NCBI GenBank assembly: GCA_010015585.1
Contig: ML975169.1
Strand: one strand, 5' to 3'
DNA length: 64,000 nt
Source: Eremomyces bilateralis CBS 781.70
Lineage: Eukaryota
Below the pieces are notes generated by a model. That model was not told where the DNA came from. It was given only the letters and a program-made list of their open reading frames with translations, and did no database searches. The position numbers and the translations under genes are program-made. Every line of letters starts with the position of its first letter. The stretch's first letter is position 1. This document shows positions 38,468 to 49,472 of the stretch, one piece after another.

Positions 38468-39856
38468 ATGAGTTCCAACGACAACGTCATCATTCCAGGA
38501 CCGTCTTTCCAAATCAATCTCCCTAGGCTCGATGCTTGCCATCCGGTCCGTTACAGCCGCCGTCTGCTTTTCTTCCGTTGCACCTCATCCGCAGAGCATG
38601 ATGCACAACTTGCCGCCTTCAAGACCGGCTTACAAAGACTGGTCTTTCGGTGTCCTATACTTGGCGGCTCAATTGGCCCGCTGCCTGCCGAGGAAGCCAG
38701 CGATGAAAACCCAGATTGGCGAACGATTGCGCCTGACCGTGGCCTCGAGTTGATTATACGAGATTTGCGAACAAAAATACCGAGTTTCGAGAAGTTTGAG
38801 GCTGCCGGATTTCCTCCTCTAGATCTTCCGTATGAGCTGCTCGCGCCTGTTCCTCAGGATATCGGTAACGTGGGACCTGCATGTAAGGTGCAGTTTAGTG
38901 CAATCGACGGTGGTACCATTGTCACATTCTCGATGTCACATTGCGTTGCCGATGGCGCAGGGGCAAATGAGCTGATGCGCATACTAAGCGAGGAGACACG
39001 ACTCGCACAAGAGCATGCAACTGCGGACGCAACGAACGAGGACCCGTCAATCCCTGTGGCTACAGGAATAGGAATAGACCGATCTGTTTTGCGCGAAATA
39101 ACCAGCGAGTTGCCGTTCGATATCCAAGACCATCCGGGATATACGTCGGGTTCCTCGGACCCGTCTTCGCCAGAGAAATCGGTGCTTGGATTCACGGCTA
39201 CAGGATCGGAAATCCCAGTGCTCCTCCACATCTCCCCATCTGCCCTGGGACGGCTCAAGGAAGAAGCACAGCTGCCAGACGCACCGTCAATCTCAACTCA
39301 CGATGCGCTGAGCGCTCTCATGTGGCGAAGTGTCCTTCTCATCCGCAGTCTCCGGTCTACCATTCCGCAGGACTTATCCTCTTTAACCGGGAGCGTTTTT
39401 ATGCCTTCGAATGCACGTCGGCACCTCGGCTTACCGCCATCATACGTCGGTAATGCCGTCTATCAGCTTGCTGCATCGCTCGATCTTGCCACCCTCTTCT
39501 CGCCTTCTGGTCTTGGCCACGCTGCAAGTGCTGTCCGCCGTGCCATAAATGCTGTGAGACCAGCTCTGGTAGCTAGTCTTATTGCTAAGTCCAAAGACAT
39601 GTGGATCGATTGGGCCTTTCCAGGCACCATGTTAACAACTGGGGTGGCTATGGGCACGGATTGGAGGAACGATGAACTGTATGGTCACGACTGGGGAACG
39701 GCGTTTGGGCCTTTGATGAGATATAGGTATCCGAATGGGGCTTTCAACTGCATCATGCCCAAATTACCGGATGGCGCAGCCGAAGTGATGGTGGGCATTC
39801 TGCCAGAGGAGGTTGAAGTGTTGAAAGGCCCTGAGTGCTTTGGGAAGTACATCTAG
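38468..39856 (+). CDS. Transferase-family acyltransferase (Tri101/BAHD-like)
   Basis: HxxxD motif SHCVADG, ISTHDALSALMW, YVGNA and a DFGWG-like DWGTAFG. Confidence 0.85.
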   Translation: MSSNDNVIIPGPSFQINLPRLDACHPVRYSRRLLFFRCTSSAEHDAQLAAFKTGLQRLVFRCPILGGSIGPLPAEEASDENPDWRTIAPDRGLELIIRDLRTKIPSFEKFEAAGFPPLDLPYELLAPVPQDIGNVGPACKVQFSAIDGGTIVTFSMSHCVADGAGANELMRILSEETRLAQEHATADATNEDPSIPVATGIGIDRSVLREITSELPFDIQDHPGYTSGSSDPSSPEKSVLGFTATGSEIPVLLHISPSALGRLKEEAQLPDAPSISTHDALSALMWRSVLLIRSLRSTIPQDLSSLTGSVFMPSNARRHLGLPPSYVGNAVYQLAASLDLATLFSPSGLGHAASAVRRAINAVRPALVASLIAKSKDMWIDWAFPGTMLTTGVAMGTDWRNDELYGHDWGTAFGPLMRYRYPNGAFNCIMPKLPDGAAEVMVGILPEEVEVLKGPECFGKYI

Positions 39857-40030
39857 AGACACAACCTTCCTAAACATGCTCATGTCAGAGCTACGAGGTG
39901 ATATTCGTGTGGTCGGATATCAGTCGATGCTTGCAACAGCTGGGTGAACGGACAATTGACCATTAGGGTTCAAGTCGGGCTATGAACTGTGAGGATTATA
40001 GTTCCCACACATCCATACCATAGCTCATCT

Positions 40031-42664
40031 TCAAGTAATCGTAAAATCTTCCGAGGCCAGGCCGTTGTTCATTTTTTCAATGGACTCACCATGCATCAAG
40101 CCAGCAACATAAGTTTCGCCAACCAACTTCCACATGGAATCTTTCCATTGGCCTTGCCCTATTTTCCGCAACAAAAACGGCACCGTCCCACCAAACAACA
40201 CCACGACTGTATCTCCTACTGCCGAACAAGGTGGTCCAATGCCGATGTACCCTTTTTGAGTGACGAAGAACCGTCGCCCACCAACGCCATTCAACACGGC
40301 TTCCCAGCACCTGTTCGTATCACCCTGTTCGGATAGCGCGAGATACCAGGGCGGTATCGGAAGCATGAGCATGGTCCTCCAAAACGCGAAGAAGTCAGCT
40401 AGATGTTGCCTTTCCGCAGCTTCGTTTTCCGCCGCCGTGGAAACAATCTCGCCGTACCAATCTTTGCCGGCGCATAATACATTACAGAACGCTTGTTCAA
40501 GTGCGTGCCCAGAGGGATACGTTAGCAAAGGCGAGACCATGCCCTTGAATATATTGTAGAGCTCAATGATCGTTTGGAAGGTATCGGCTCGGCCAGGTAT
40601 TACCGGAGATATGGTGGATACCGTATCAATGAGGAGGCCTCGAAGGAGGAGTGGAGATGTAGGCGTTATGGGGCGGAGGATTTGTCGAGGAACATCGCCA
40701 GAGGCACAGTGCATCTTCCCACTGTGATCAGCTGGGATGAGAGTGTGGGTGAAGACACGATCCCACTGTGGAATCCACGACGGAAGTTCGGTTGCGATCT
40801 CTGGACCGTGTTGTACAGCAGATAGGAGAAACAAATTGTCGGTTCTCCGAAGGATCTTGGCAGCAACGGTGCTGTATACTTCCAGCCTTGACATTGTGTA
40901 GTCGGGTTGTACGAATATTTCCCCTTTCTCTGGATCCCCGTCAGTGCTGGGAAGACCGAGCAGGCCATAAACTCGATCCCTCTGATCCGTACACTGGAAC
41001 TGACGGGTCATGGTGAGGAGACGGAGGAAGAATACACTGGCGCTCTCTTTGTCTTGGGTGAGTCGATACATTAGGTACGCATTATAGACTCCTGGCATCG
41101 GATTCTGCTGCATGACTTGATATCCAAGGGTACGGATACAGGCAGCGACAAATCCAAGCTCTTGCCATTCTAGCTCGGAATCTCCCCAGAAGATCGTGGC
41201 TCGTCTAGCGAGGGTGATTTCTTGGACCACCCATAATCGCCCGAACCACGGCCGCGAAAAGAGTGAAGCTATACACTTCCAGTCAGGGTGCCGTGGAGAT
41301 ACCATTGACACAGCTCCTCCTTTGGTCGTTGCAATGTCAGTGGCAAGAGAGAAAGCTGAAGCTGCTTCATCATGCTTGTCTCGCCCAATCCAAATCAAAA
41401 CCTGCGATGCGTTTTTATAGATTTTCCGCATCATAGCCACCTGCCGTTGGCGCTCCAACAGGTCACGTTGATTGATGCATACGGCATCAGCCCACACATA
41501 TCGGGCCTGGGCGGGATTACGGAGCCGGTGGAGCGCATCGTCGAGGTTCCGGCTAATATCGAGAGCTTTTCCGTCACATTGCAACTGGATAATCTGTGAC
41601 GTAACCCCCCAAGCATAGGAGACTGCTTCGTACTCTTGCGACCCTTCAACTTCAACAGCCACTAAGCTGCATCGTAATCGATCGTTCGGAACCCCTGGCT
41701 CTACGCGGAGTAGGCGGATAGAGCTCTCTGAAGGTAGGGGCGAGTAAAAGTATTTGCTTAACTCCAAAGGGGTGTGGTCTTCTCGGAAAGAAAATACGCG
41801 CGTTCCGGAAACAGATTTACCGTCCGAGGTATGTCGAACTCGCCTCGGATCATGCAAGCGACAACCATCTCTTTCAATATTTAGCCGCTCTGAACCTTCA
41901 GTGGAGTAAAGCTGCGCAGGTATCGTAAGATCCCCTCGTTCCGAGAGATCCATGGCTGAAGATTGCATGGCCTGCACGGTTTGCAACTTGCGTCTCTCCA
42001 TCAGCTTCTCATGCCGTTGTTGCTGTACAGCTATAGCGTGCATCTGAGCCATGCTCTGAACCCTGTGTCTCTCTTGAGAATCTGTAGAATATTGCTGCCC
42101 AACAGGAAGGAATGGCCGTTCGACTGCCGCCTTGACGAATGTTGTTGGCGACTGATCTTCTTCCTTTGGATCTGGGAACGAAGAAGCCCCCGACTCCGCC
42201 AACAGATCAGCCCCTAGCATCTGCGATTGAGCAGACCTTTTCCTTTTCATTTGTGGTGGAGCCGTCAGTGAGAGTCCATCTAATCTGTGACGCTCAACAT
42301 CATCCCCGAGCATATTCGATGCGGTGAAGAGTGGTATTTTCCATACTGATTCCTCAAGGTCATAGCGTTCCGCATGGTTGCCAGCGATACCCTGAGGGTA
42401 ATACATGTACTGTGAAGCCAAAAGTGTTTCCCTCTTCCGAAGGGATTCCTCAAGGCCGTCCTCACACACCTGTTCTTGGCGATTCATGGCCCTCTTCCGT
42501 TGTGTTCGGCGCAGATCATCTTCTGCTATTTTCTGGAAGCGATGATGCGCTTGTATCTGGTCTGACGTGAACCCGAGGTCTGGAACCTCAGATTTTGTTG
42601 AGTGAGCTTGGTGTTGGCTATGATCGGGCTGCATCGTCAGGCTCTTGCCCCATCTGGCGTCCAT
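40031..42664 (-). CDS. HET-domain protein (HET-6-like) with long N-terminal extension
   Basis: YEAVSYAWG, VWADAVCINQ...ERQRQVAMMRKIY, RPWFGRLWVVQEI, CTDQRDRVYGLLG, GRRFFVTQKGYIGIGP and LVGETYVAGLMHGE. Confidence 0.92.
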   Translation of the reverse strand: MDARWGKSLTMQPDHSQHQAHSTKSEVPDLGFTSDQIQAHHRFQKIAEDDLRRTQRKRAMNRQEQVCEDGLEESLRKRETLLASQYMYYPQGIAGNHAERYDLEESVWKIPLFTASNMLGDDVERHRLDGLSLTAPPQMKRKRSAQSQMLGADLLAESGASSFPDPKEEDQSPTTFVKAAVERPFLPVGQQYSTDSQERHRVQSMAQMHAIAVQQQRHEKLMERRKLQTVQAMQSSAMDLSERGDLTIPAQLYSTEGSERLNIERDGCRLHDPRRVRHTSDGKSVSGTRVFSFREDHTPLELSKYFYSPLPSESSIRLLRVEPGVPNDRLRCSLVAVEVEGSQEYEAVSYAWGVTSQIIQLQCDGKALDISRNLDDALHRLRNPAQARYVWADAVCINQRDLLERQRQVAMMRKIYKNASQVLIWIGRDKHDEAASAFSLATDIATTKGGAVSMVSPRHPDWKCIASLFSRPWFGRLWVVQEITLARRATIFWGDSELEWQELGFVAACIRTLGYQVMQQNPMPGVYNAYLMYRLTQDKESASVFFLRLLTMTRQFQCTDQRDRVYGLLGLPSTDGDPEKGEIFVQPDYTMSRLEVYSTVAAKILRRTDNLFLLSAVQHGPEIATELPSWIPQWDRVFTHTLIPADHSGKMHCASGDVPRQILRPITPTSPLLLRGLLIDTVSTISPVIPGRADTFQTIIELYNIFKGMVSPLLTYPSGHALEQAFCNVLCAGKDWYGEIVSTAAENEAAERQHLADFFAFWRTMLMLPIPPWYLALSEQGDTNRCWEAVLNGVGGRRFFVTQKGYIGIGPPCSAVGDTVVVLFGGTVPFLLRKIGQGQWKDSMWKLVGETYVAGLMHGESIEKMNNGLASEDFTIT

Positions 42665-43427
42665 GATTCCCTATCTCTTCACTATTTGTTGATGGAGGCA
42701 ATCGGAGGACACTCATAAATACCTTGCACACATCGCTGTAGTTGATCAGAAATTTGGAAGTAGGCCTTGATGGATTTTCAAATTTATACGTTGATTTTCA
42801 AATGTGCGAAAGGACAGCGGACGTCATGAAATTGATCGACATGGGATGGTGTCTAAGCCACCATAGAGTACCATAGCTGACTGGACATCCTAGCTAGACC
42901 AGATCACCAGAGGGCTTGTAATAGAGATTTACTACGTAGGGACCATTTATGAGCATTCACAACGTATGATAACTTCAAAGCATTGTAAAAGTATGAATTT
43001 TGTACTTTATTGATTGTCCCTGTATAGTGGACTGAGCCCTTCAAAGATCGGGGAGCGAACCATACTAACTATTTTGCTCAAAGGCGCATCTGCCGACGCA
43101 AGCGAGTGACCCTTCCTCAACACCAAACTGTATGCTCGACTGCAAGCGAGAGTGAGAAATATACGCGCTCTGATCTGCTTGTGACCTCGGGTATCAGGTC
43201 CGACTGGGAAACGGTCGGAGAAAATCAACTGTAGGAAGACAATGGAACATAAAAAGCAACGGTAAATCGCTCACTGAACCTTCAGGTCATGTCCTTCAAT
43301 ATCCAGAAGCAAGCCTGCCGTGGGCCCAGTGTTCTGTAGAACGAGAGAGGAACGAAAAGCATGCGAAATCATAAATTGCCTCGCCACAAATCCAAACACG
43401 GTAAGATCACAGGCACTGGGAGTCAGT

Positions 43428-46311
43428 TCAGTGCTTAAATTCCGACACATAAACACCGCCTCCCATCTCTTTCTCTCTCGGTAACCTCGTCCTCTGCAGC
43501 TGGCTCACATGCACCGCCATTCTATCCTCAGTACTGCTCTGGCTCCCCCCGGAGCTCATCTGCCGGGACTGCTTCCTCGTCAAGCCCCTTTCACTGCTCA
43601 TTTCCCCATATGCGGCCCCGCGGACCCGCCCATCAGGGTACCCGGCGTCATCCATATCCGTAACTTCTCGGATTCCCTTTCCGTCGTCGTGTCCGGCTGG
43701 ATTTCGGAAATATTCATGCGGATCCTGGACGGCGCGGATGAACCACGGGCGCGTGCCGGAGGGCTTGATGGTCCAGTATTCCTGGTGGTCTTCATCAACC
43801 GGGGTGATATGACCGAAGGAGAGGAGCTTGGTGAGGAAAATGAGGCCGTTCAACGCAACATACGTTGCAAGGCCAGCGATAAGACCGTAGGCGACACTAT
43901 ATGAGAATGGCATGAAGACTAGTGTCACAAAGGCAGGGATGGCGTCACCAATATACCGCCAGTTGATCATTGTGATTTGACGGCACATCATGCAACCCAC
44001 AATGATGAGTGTGCAACCGGTTGCCCAAGGCGGGATGGATGCGAAGATGGGCGCAAAGAAGATGGAAATGAAGAAGCAGATTCCGCAGGTCATCGCGGTC
44101 AATCCGGTCTTGCCCCCTTCGGCGATCCCCGCTCCGGATTCGATGAATGCGGTGACGGGACTGCATCCAAAGACCGCGCCGATGGATATGCTGATTGCAT
44201 CCGTGCAATACGCGATGGTGGAACGAGGAAAGTCGCCCGAGGTTTGGTCCACTACCCCAGAGAAGCGGGCCATGGAGTACAGTGTTGCCGTGCAATCGAT
44301 GATGTCAACATAGAGGAATGTGAAGAGTGCAAGGACAAACTGCGACCCCGCCCTACCAATGTTCCAGTCGATGGCATTGAGGGTATGCTGCATGGGTCGG
44401 AAGGTTACGACTTGTTTGAAGAAATCGAATTTGGAGTCGCCTAGATCTGTGTGGGGGAAGAATGTCATGGGAGTACTCCGACTGAAGCAGCGTTAGTCCT
44501 GAGCTATATCGATCTTGTAGTTGAGCACTTACGGCCAGGAAATGATCGAGACGACCAGGATACCGATAATTATGGCGCTCTTGAACTTGTAGCTCATGAG
44601 ATACGTGGTCAAAATGCCTCCACAAAAGATGCCGATCCACATCTGCAAGCATGGTCAATAAAACGATTACCCCAGGTCATCAAGAACGATCCTGCTAGCA
44701 CAAAATCCAAACAGTACCCCACCTCCTTCCCCTATACCACCAATTACAAGCGCGAGGTTTGTAGCGCATATGCTGCCTCTGGGATGAAAGATCTGTCCGT
44801 ACGTACCGTCGGGTTCTGCATCTTGTGCGACACGCATTCTCCCGTGGCATCATCGCGATATTGCGGCTGGCACCCTGCCAGATCGAGAGGCGTGACCGCT
44901 GATCCAGTTATGGCACCGATTCCGGCGGAGTAGCTCAGTCCGATCAGTGAAAGAAACAAACCGATACCACAGCCACTAGCCACCTTGATGGATGTCGGCA
45001 GGAGGCGCACTAGCCACTGGCGCATTCCAATTAGGGATAGGAAGACGAAGATGAACCCCTCAATGAAGACCGCAGCAAGGGCGAGGCGGTATGGAACAGG
45101 GCCGGTGCCATGGAAGCCGACGACTTGGTAGGCAAAGTAGGCATTCATACCCATGCCAGGTCTGAAAAAGAAGGTTAGCAAAGCCCATAATATATGCCGA
45201 TCCTAAGCGCCTGGAAGGTTTTGTAATGACTAGGGAACCCTAGCCAACAATAAAGTAACATAGCCTTGCAGTTAATATGGATCATCGGCAACAGCTGTAA
45301 CCCATAGGTCTGGTCATGTGCCGAGAGCCAAGCCCAAGTGACATCTTTCATGTAGAAATGGAAACCGACAGCCGGGAAAGGATATGAAAAGGACGAAGAG
45401 CAGATTTACCCCAATGACACGGGCAGATTCGTCATGAGCCCGAAGAGGAAGGATGAGATGCAGGTTATGACTGCGGTGGCAGTGATGAAATCTCTGTGGA
45501 CATCTTTTCACGCAGAAAAGAATCGGACACTGGTCAGTATTTCGGTTCTCTTCGGAACGCAAGTGGGAAGGAATAAGATTCAAAGCCGGGAAATATATTG
45601 ATGTTTAGATTAAAACACCAAAAACAGCTCGATGAGGGAACTTCAGGCGGGTGGCAGGGTATGGAAAACTCACCTATTAGACATTGCTGGTATGGTTCGT
45701 TGTTGCTGCAGGTAAGGTCCAGGGGATCGGTGCAGACGCACGTCCCACCGCTGTCTGCCAGAATCGAGGCCTGTTATGTTTCAAGGTTCCCAGTCAGTCA
45801 AATCAAGGTTCGAGACTTGTTCTTTTCTGGTCATATGCTCAATACTCTTTCGATTCGCCAACAAGCAAAGCAATAGGACAAGACAGACACCAGGACCACT
45901 GAAGGGTGAAGGGTGTACAGATGCCGATCTGCGGATGCGGTTGCTGCAGTGCAATAGTGACACACTTACGTTGACAGCAATAATGTACGACATTGTGAAG
46001 AATGTCGTGACACCGGCCCGGATTTCCGTCAGGAACCGTGCTCCGCGAAGCTCTTTCTCCTAGAGAATCGAGTGTCAGCATCTAGGAACTTTGCATCATG
46101 TGGTAATAATCAATTGCGCGGGAAAGAATTGCGTGGATGAGATTTTGGCACCGGAGAAGCCAGGAAAGACGTCCATGACTGATCGTCTCGGATGCGAAGT
46201 CTCGAAATGGAGACTTACATGGCCGGATCCTTCCAAGCGGAATACACGTCCAAACGTTGAGCGACCAACGACACCGTTGAACGACTCGATTCCTCGCCGT
46301 ATAGAGTCCAT
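43428..46311 (-). CDS. AzgA-like purine permease, 7 exons: 46311-46219, 46059-45970, 45770-45674, 45503-45410, 45161-44807, 44642-44533, 44481-43428
   Basis: TEIRAGVTTFFTMSYIIAVN, PGMGMNAYFAY, GIGLFL and SPVTAFIESGAGIAEGGKTGLT motifs; all six introns are GT-AG and keep frame. Confidence 0.9.
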
Positions 46312-49300
46312 GATGTGGAACGCTGGGGTATTCGGGCAGGTACCTCCGACTCTTATGTGGACCGGCGAGAGGATGGAGGTGGATGAGCAAGTAAAGCTGG
46401 AGCTAGTTGGAGAGCCCAGAAGGAAAGGCAAGAATAAGGAAGGCGACAACGAAGGAAAGGAAATTAGCAGAGGGGGGATGCCAATTCGAGAGAAATGAGG
46501 TTAATTGACGTTTGATATGAAGTCGTTGCTCATGCCGTCCTGCGGGAGTTTATAAGGTCTCAAGCACTCTTGAAGCATTCCACCGTCCCAAGGGAGTCCC
46601 AAGTGTTTCGCCAAGCCGGGAAGGAGGGGCACATGGACTGGACAATAAAGCGAACGCTTGTGAGAATGAGCGAAGTTAGATAGATATGTTACTGAAAAGA
46701 CAGACTCGGGAAGTGGAGCGCCGGGCCGTTTGGTGGTGATGGTGCAGGACAGGACGGTGACTGATGCGGGAAGACAATTGGTGATTTGTTGTCACCCGGT
46801 ACATTCAGGTAGCCAGCCATGCCTGTAAGCAACCTTATAAAACTTGCAATCGAGTCATCTACGGACACCGGGAGTGGTAGGCGGTAGCAACTAGCAAGTG
46901 GCCATTATTGCCGACCTGCAGAAATCCATCTCCCAGCGGAAGTAGCGGGGATGGATGCATCCACGTATGGGATGTGATACTTTGCCAGGGGTTCTGCGAT
47001 GGGCAGGAGTGCATTGGTCGACATTCGAGCTTCTGTGCGACCGGGTTGCTCAATCAGTTCCCGTGTAAATTGGAACGCGACAAAGATCGCTCGACAGATA
47101 CGTCGTTTGGCAGCCAATTTTCGCAGTTTGATCCAGGGAGAAACAAGGTTAATTGCAAGACCAGAGATGCCATGGTGTTGGATCCAAAAGTGGGTATACA
47201 CATCCGCTAGAGCTTTGACAGTAATGTCCCAGTGATTAAGACGAAAGGCTAATTACTATAGGCGCACTCCAGATTCTGTAAGTACTTAGATGTATAGGTA
47301 CAATACAAGGGAATCGATTATCGACGAGGTTGAAGGGGAGAAGTGAGGAGGGAGGGCCGCGAGGGGCATAGAAAGCAGTAGATGGCATTGGATTTGATAG
47401 AGCCTGATGCTCTGTTCCCTGTATGGTATTAGAACCCGCATGACGGTAAGGACGGGAAACGGCCCTGGCTTCCTTCCCTCCTTGTTCCTCATCCGATTTT
47501 CCACCATCGGCATCCTCATCACCTCGTCTCCATCCAATACGCCATATTAGGGCATTCCCTATTACCGTCTTGCATACGCCAATATTACCGTCATCGCTTC
47601 CGGTGAGCCGCCTACTATGGTATGGAGTATGAATGAATATGGGCAAAGAACTCGGTTTCTTAGATAGGCACTTGAGCCTTCAGTCGGTTTGCAGATCCCT
47701 TCATGAATCATGCCAAATCCGTCCATGCTTCATCCAGGTATCCCGTATTCCGTACTCCGGCTGTCTCGTCGATTACGACCCGATATCCCCCTGTCCTCCA
47801 TATATGCAGGAATATGCAGCCAGGGACAGAAACACCGTGAGTATCCAATAACGACAGACGATCTTGCAGAGACACCGGGTCTGCTGTTCCTCTACTGACA
47901 GCGTCCGTTTACATCCGGATTTTCCATGTCCAACTCTGGTATCTGTACTCTCGAATTCGCCTAAAATTCTCCAGAGGCGATCGTCCCAGCATGGCGTTCG
48001 TCCCAGGAGCGAAGGCGTATGCATCCCGATTCAAACTGTGTCCAATTGCGTCTCCCAAATCCCAACCTCTATTGATTCTTATTTCCTCTCGTCTACCTCA
48101 GCAAAAAAGTTACTTTCTGATAAACATTAACCCATGCAGCTGTCATGCTGCATGTGACATTTCGACAGCCTTCATTCGACGTCCGACTCACCACCCTCCT
48201 TGATACTCCGCACCATTTCCTCTAGTCCTCTAGCTAGTAGCTACCGTTTGTGAGGGGCATATCGGTGCCCACCTGCATTAGTCGGAACGCTAGAACCTCT
48301 CGAACCCCGAGTCGCTCGTTAGAGCACGTTTCGAAAGTCCCATCTCGCGCCTACCTCGCGTGGCTTCCCGCCTCAGGGCAAGCGGGCACAGTCTGGTGGA
48401 GGCGTTGTACAGATTCGGCTGAGTGAGACCTTAACGAGCTCCAAGAACGGTGACGCCATCCGTTTGTGATATCCAGCCACCAATATCTCCTAGCAACTTC
48501 GAGTGCATAAATCGTTGAATCCTACGGTGTTCGGGAAGTCAACCCAATCTGATTGACAACGCGGTTGCCGGCGTATCACAGGGTCCACTCGGCCAGAAAG
48601 AGTTTTACACCAACTGCTTCCGGGTTGCGTTTGAAAAGGCTTACGAGCTTGGTGCGAAGTCAATTTGGAAATCACAATATCGATTCCGAAGCTTGTCAAG
48701 GGCGTCTTATTGTCGACGTCAATTCTGCACCGTTGGCCTGTTGGACGCAGATCAGAAACGCAGCTGACCACAATCCCTACTGAACTTCGCTGTGGGACAT
48801 ACAGCCCTGGTCCTTGGATCTGCACGGCGACCTCACTTCAAACCATCCTGACGCCTCTCTGGCGGACACTATCCCGACACCATTGGTTCAATTCGCGATT
48901 TGTTCCCGCATACTAGGAACAACCGTACAGCAACCGAAAATTTCAGATAGAAGACTGCTTATCGACCACGTAGAGCCTCGGTGTCCGTTCGATGCGGAAA
49001 GAGTTCGGATGGTTTGATACGCCTTACAAACGGGTTCCCGCCAGAGTTGATACGCCAGGGACTTCCCGGGGTTGAGGTCGCTGCGTCTGCGTCTGCCCAC
49101 TTCAAACCCCTTGCGTCGGGGATGAGTAGATGCTGAGAGTTTTGTTTTCTACAGCGCAATTTGATATCTGGGCATCCGGGGGATTGGATACGGCTTGACG
49201 CAGACCAATTTCCTTTCACTCTTATTCTCATCGGTTTCCAGGGTGGCCGTCGTTGGTATTGCTGAAGCACTTGTGCTGTTTGTTGGCTCTCTTCACACAA

Positions 49301-49472
49301 GCGAATTAACCTACTCATAATGGCAGGGTTTCCTGTAAGGGATTGGCTTGCTGTTCAATAGCTGTTCGCTTCTTTTGTTATTTTGCATTCACTTCACGTA
49401 TATTTTGGAACATTCGCTGCCTTGTTCTCTCCCAAGAAAGCATTGGAAAAGTCGCTTTCTCAATACCTCAGC

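Noticed and set aside
38468..39856. Secondary-metabolite cluster around the acyltransferase
   Set aside because: No PKS, NRPS, terpene cyclase, P450 or cluster transcription factor nearby.
45162..45770. Apparent insertion disrupting the AzgA-like permease
   Set aside because: The missing coding segments are present as small exons (45770-45674, 45503-45410) that splice in frame.
46500..49470. Many short ORFs in the long divergent intergenic region
   Set aside because: No domain motifs or consistent exon structure; treated as non-coding.
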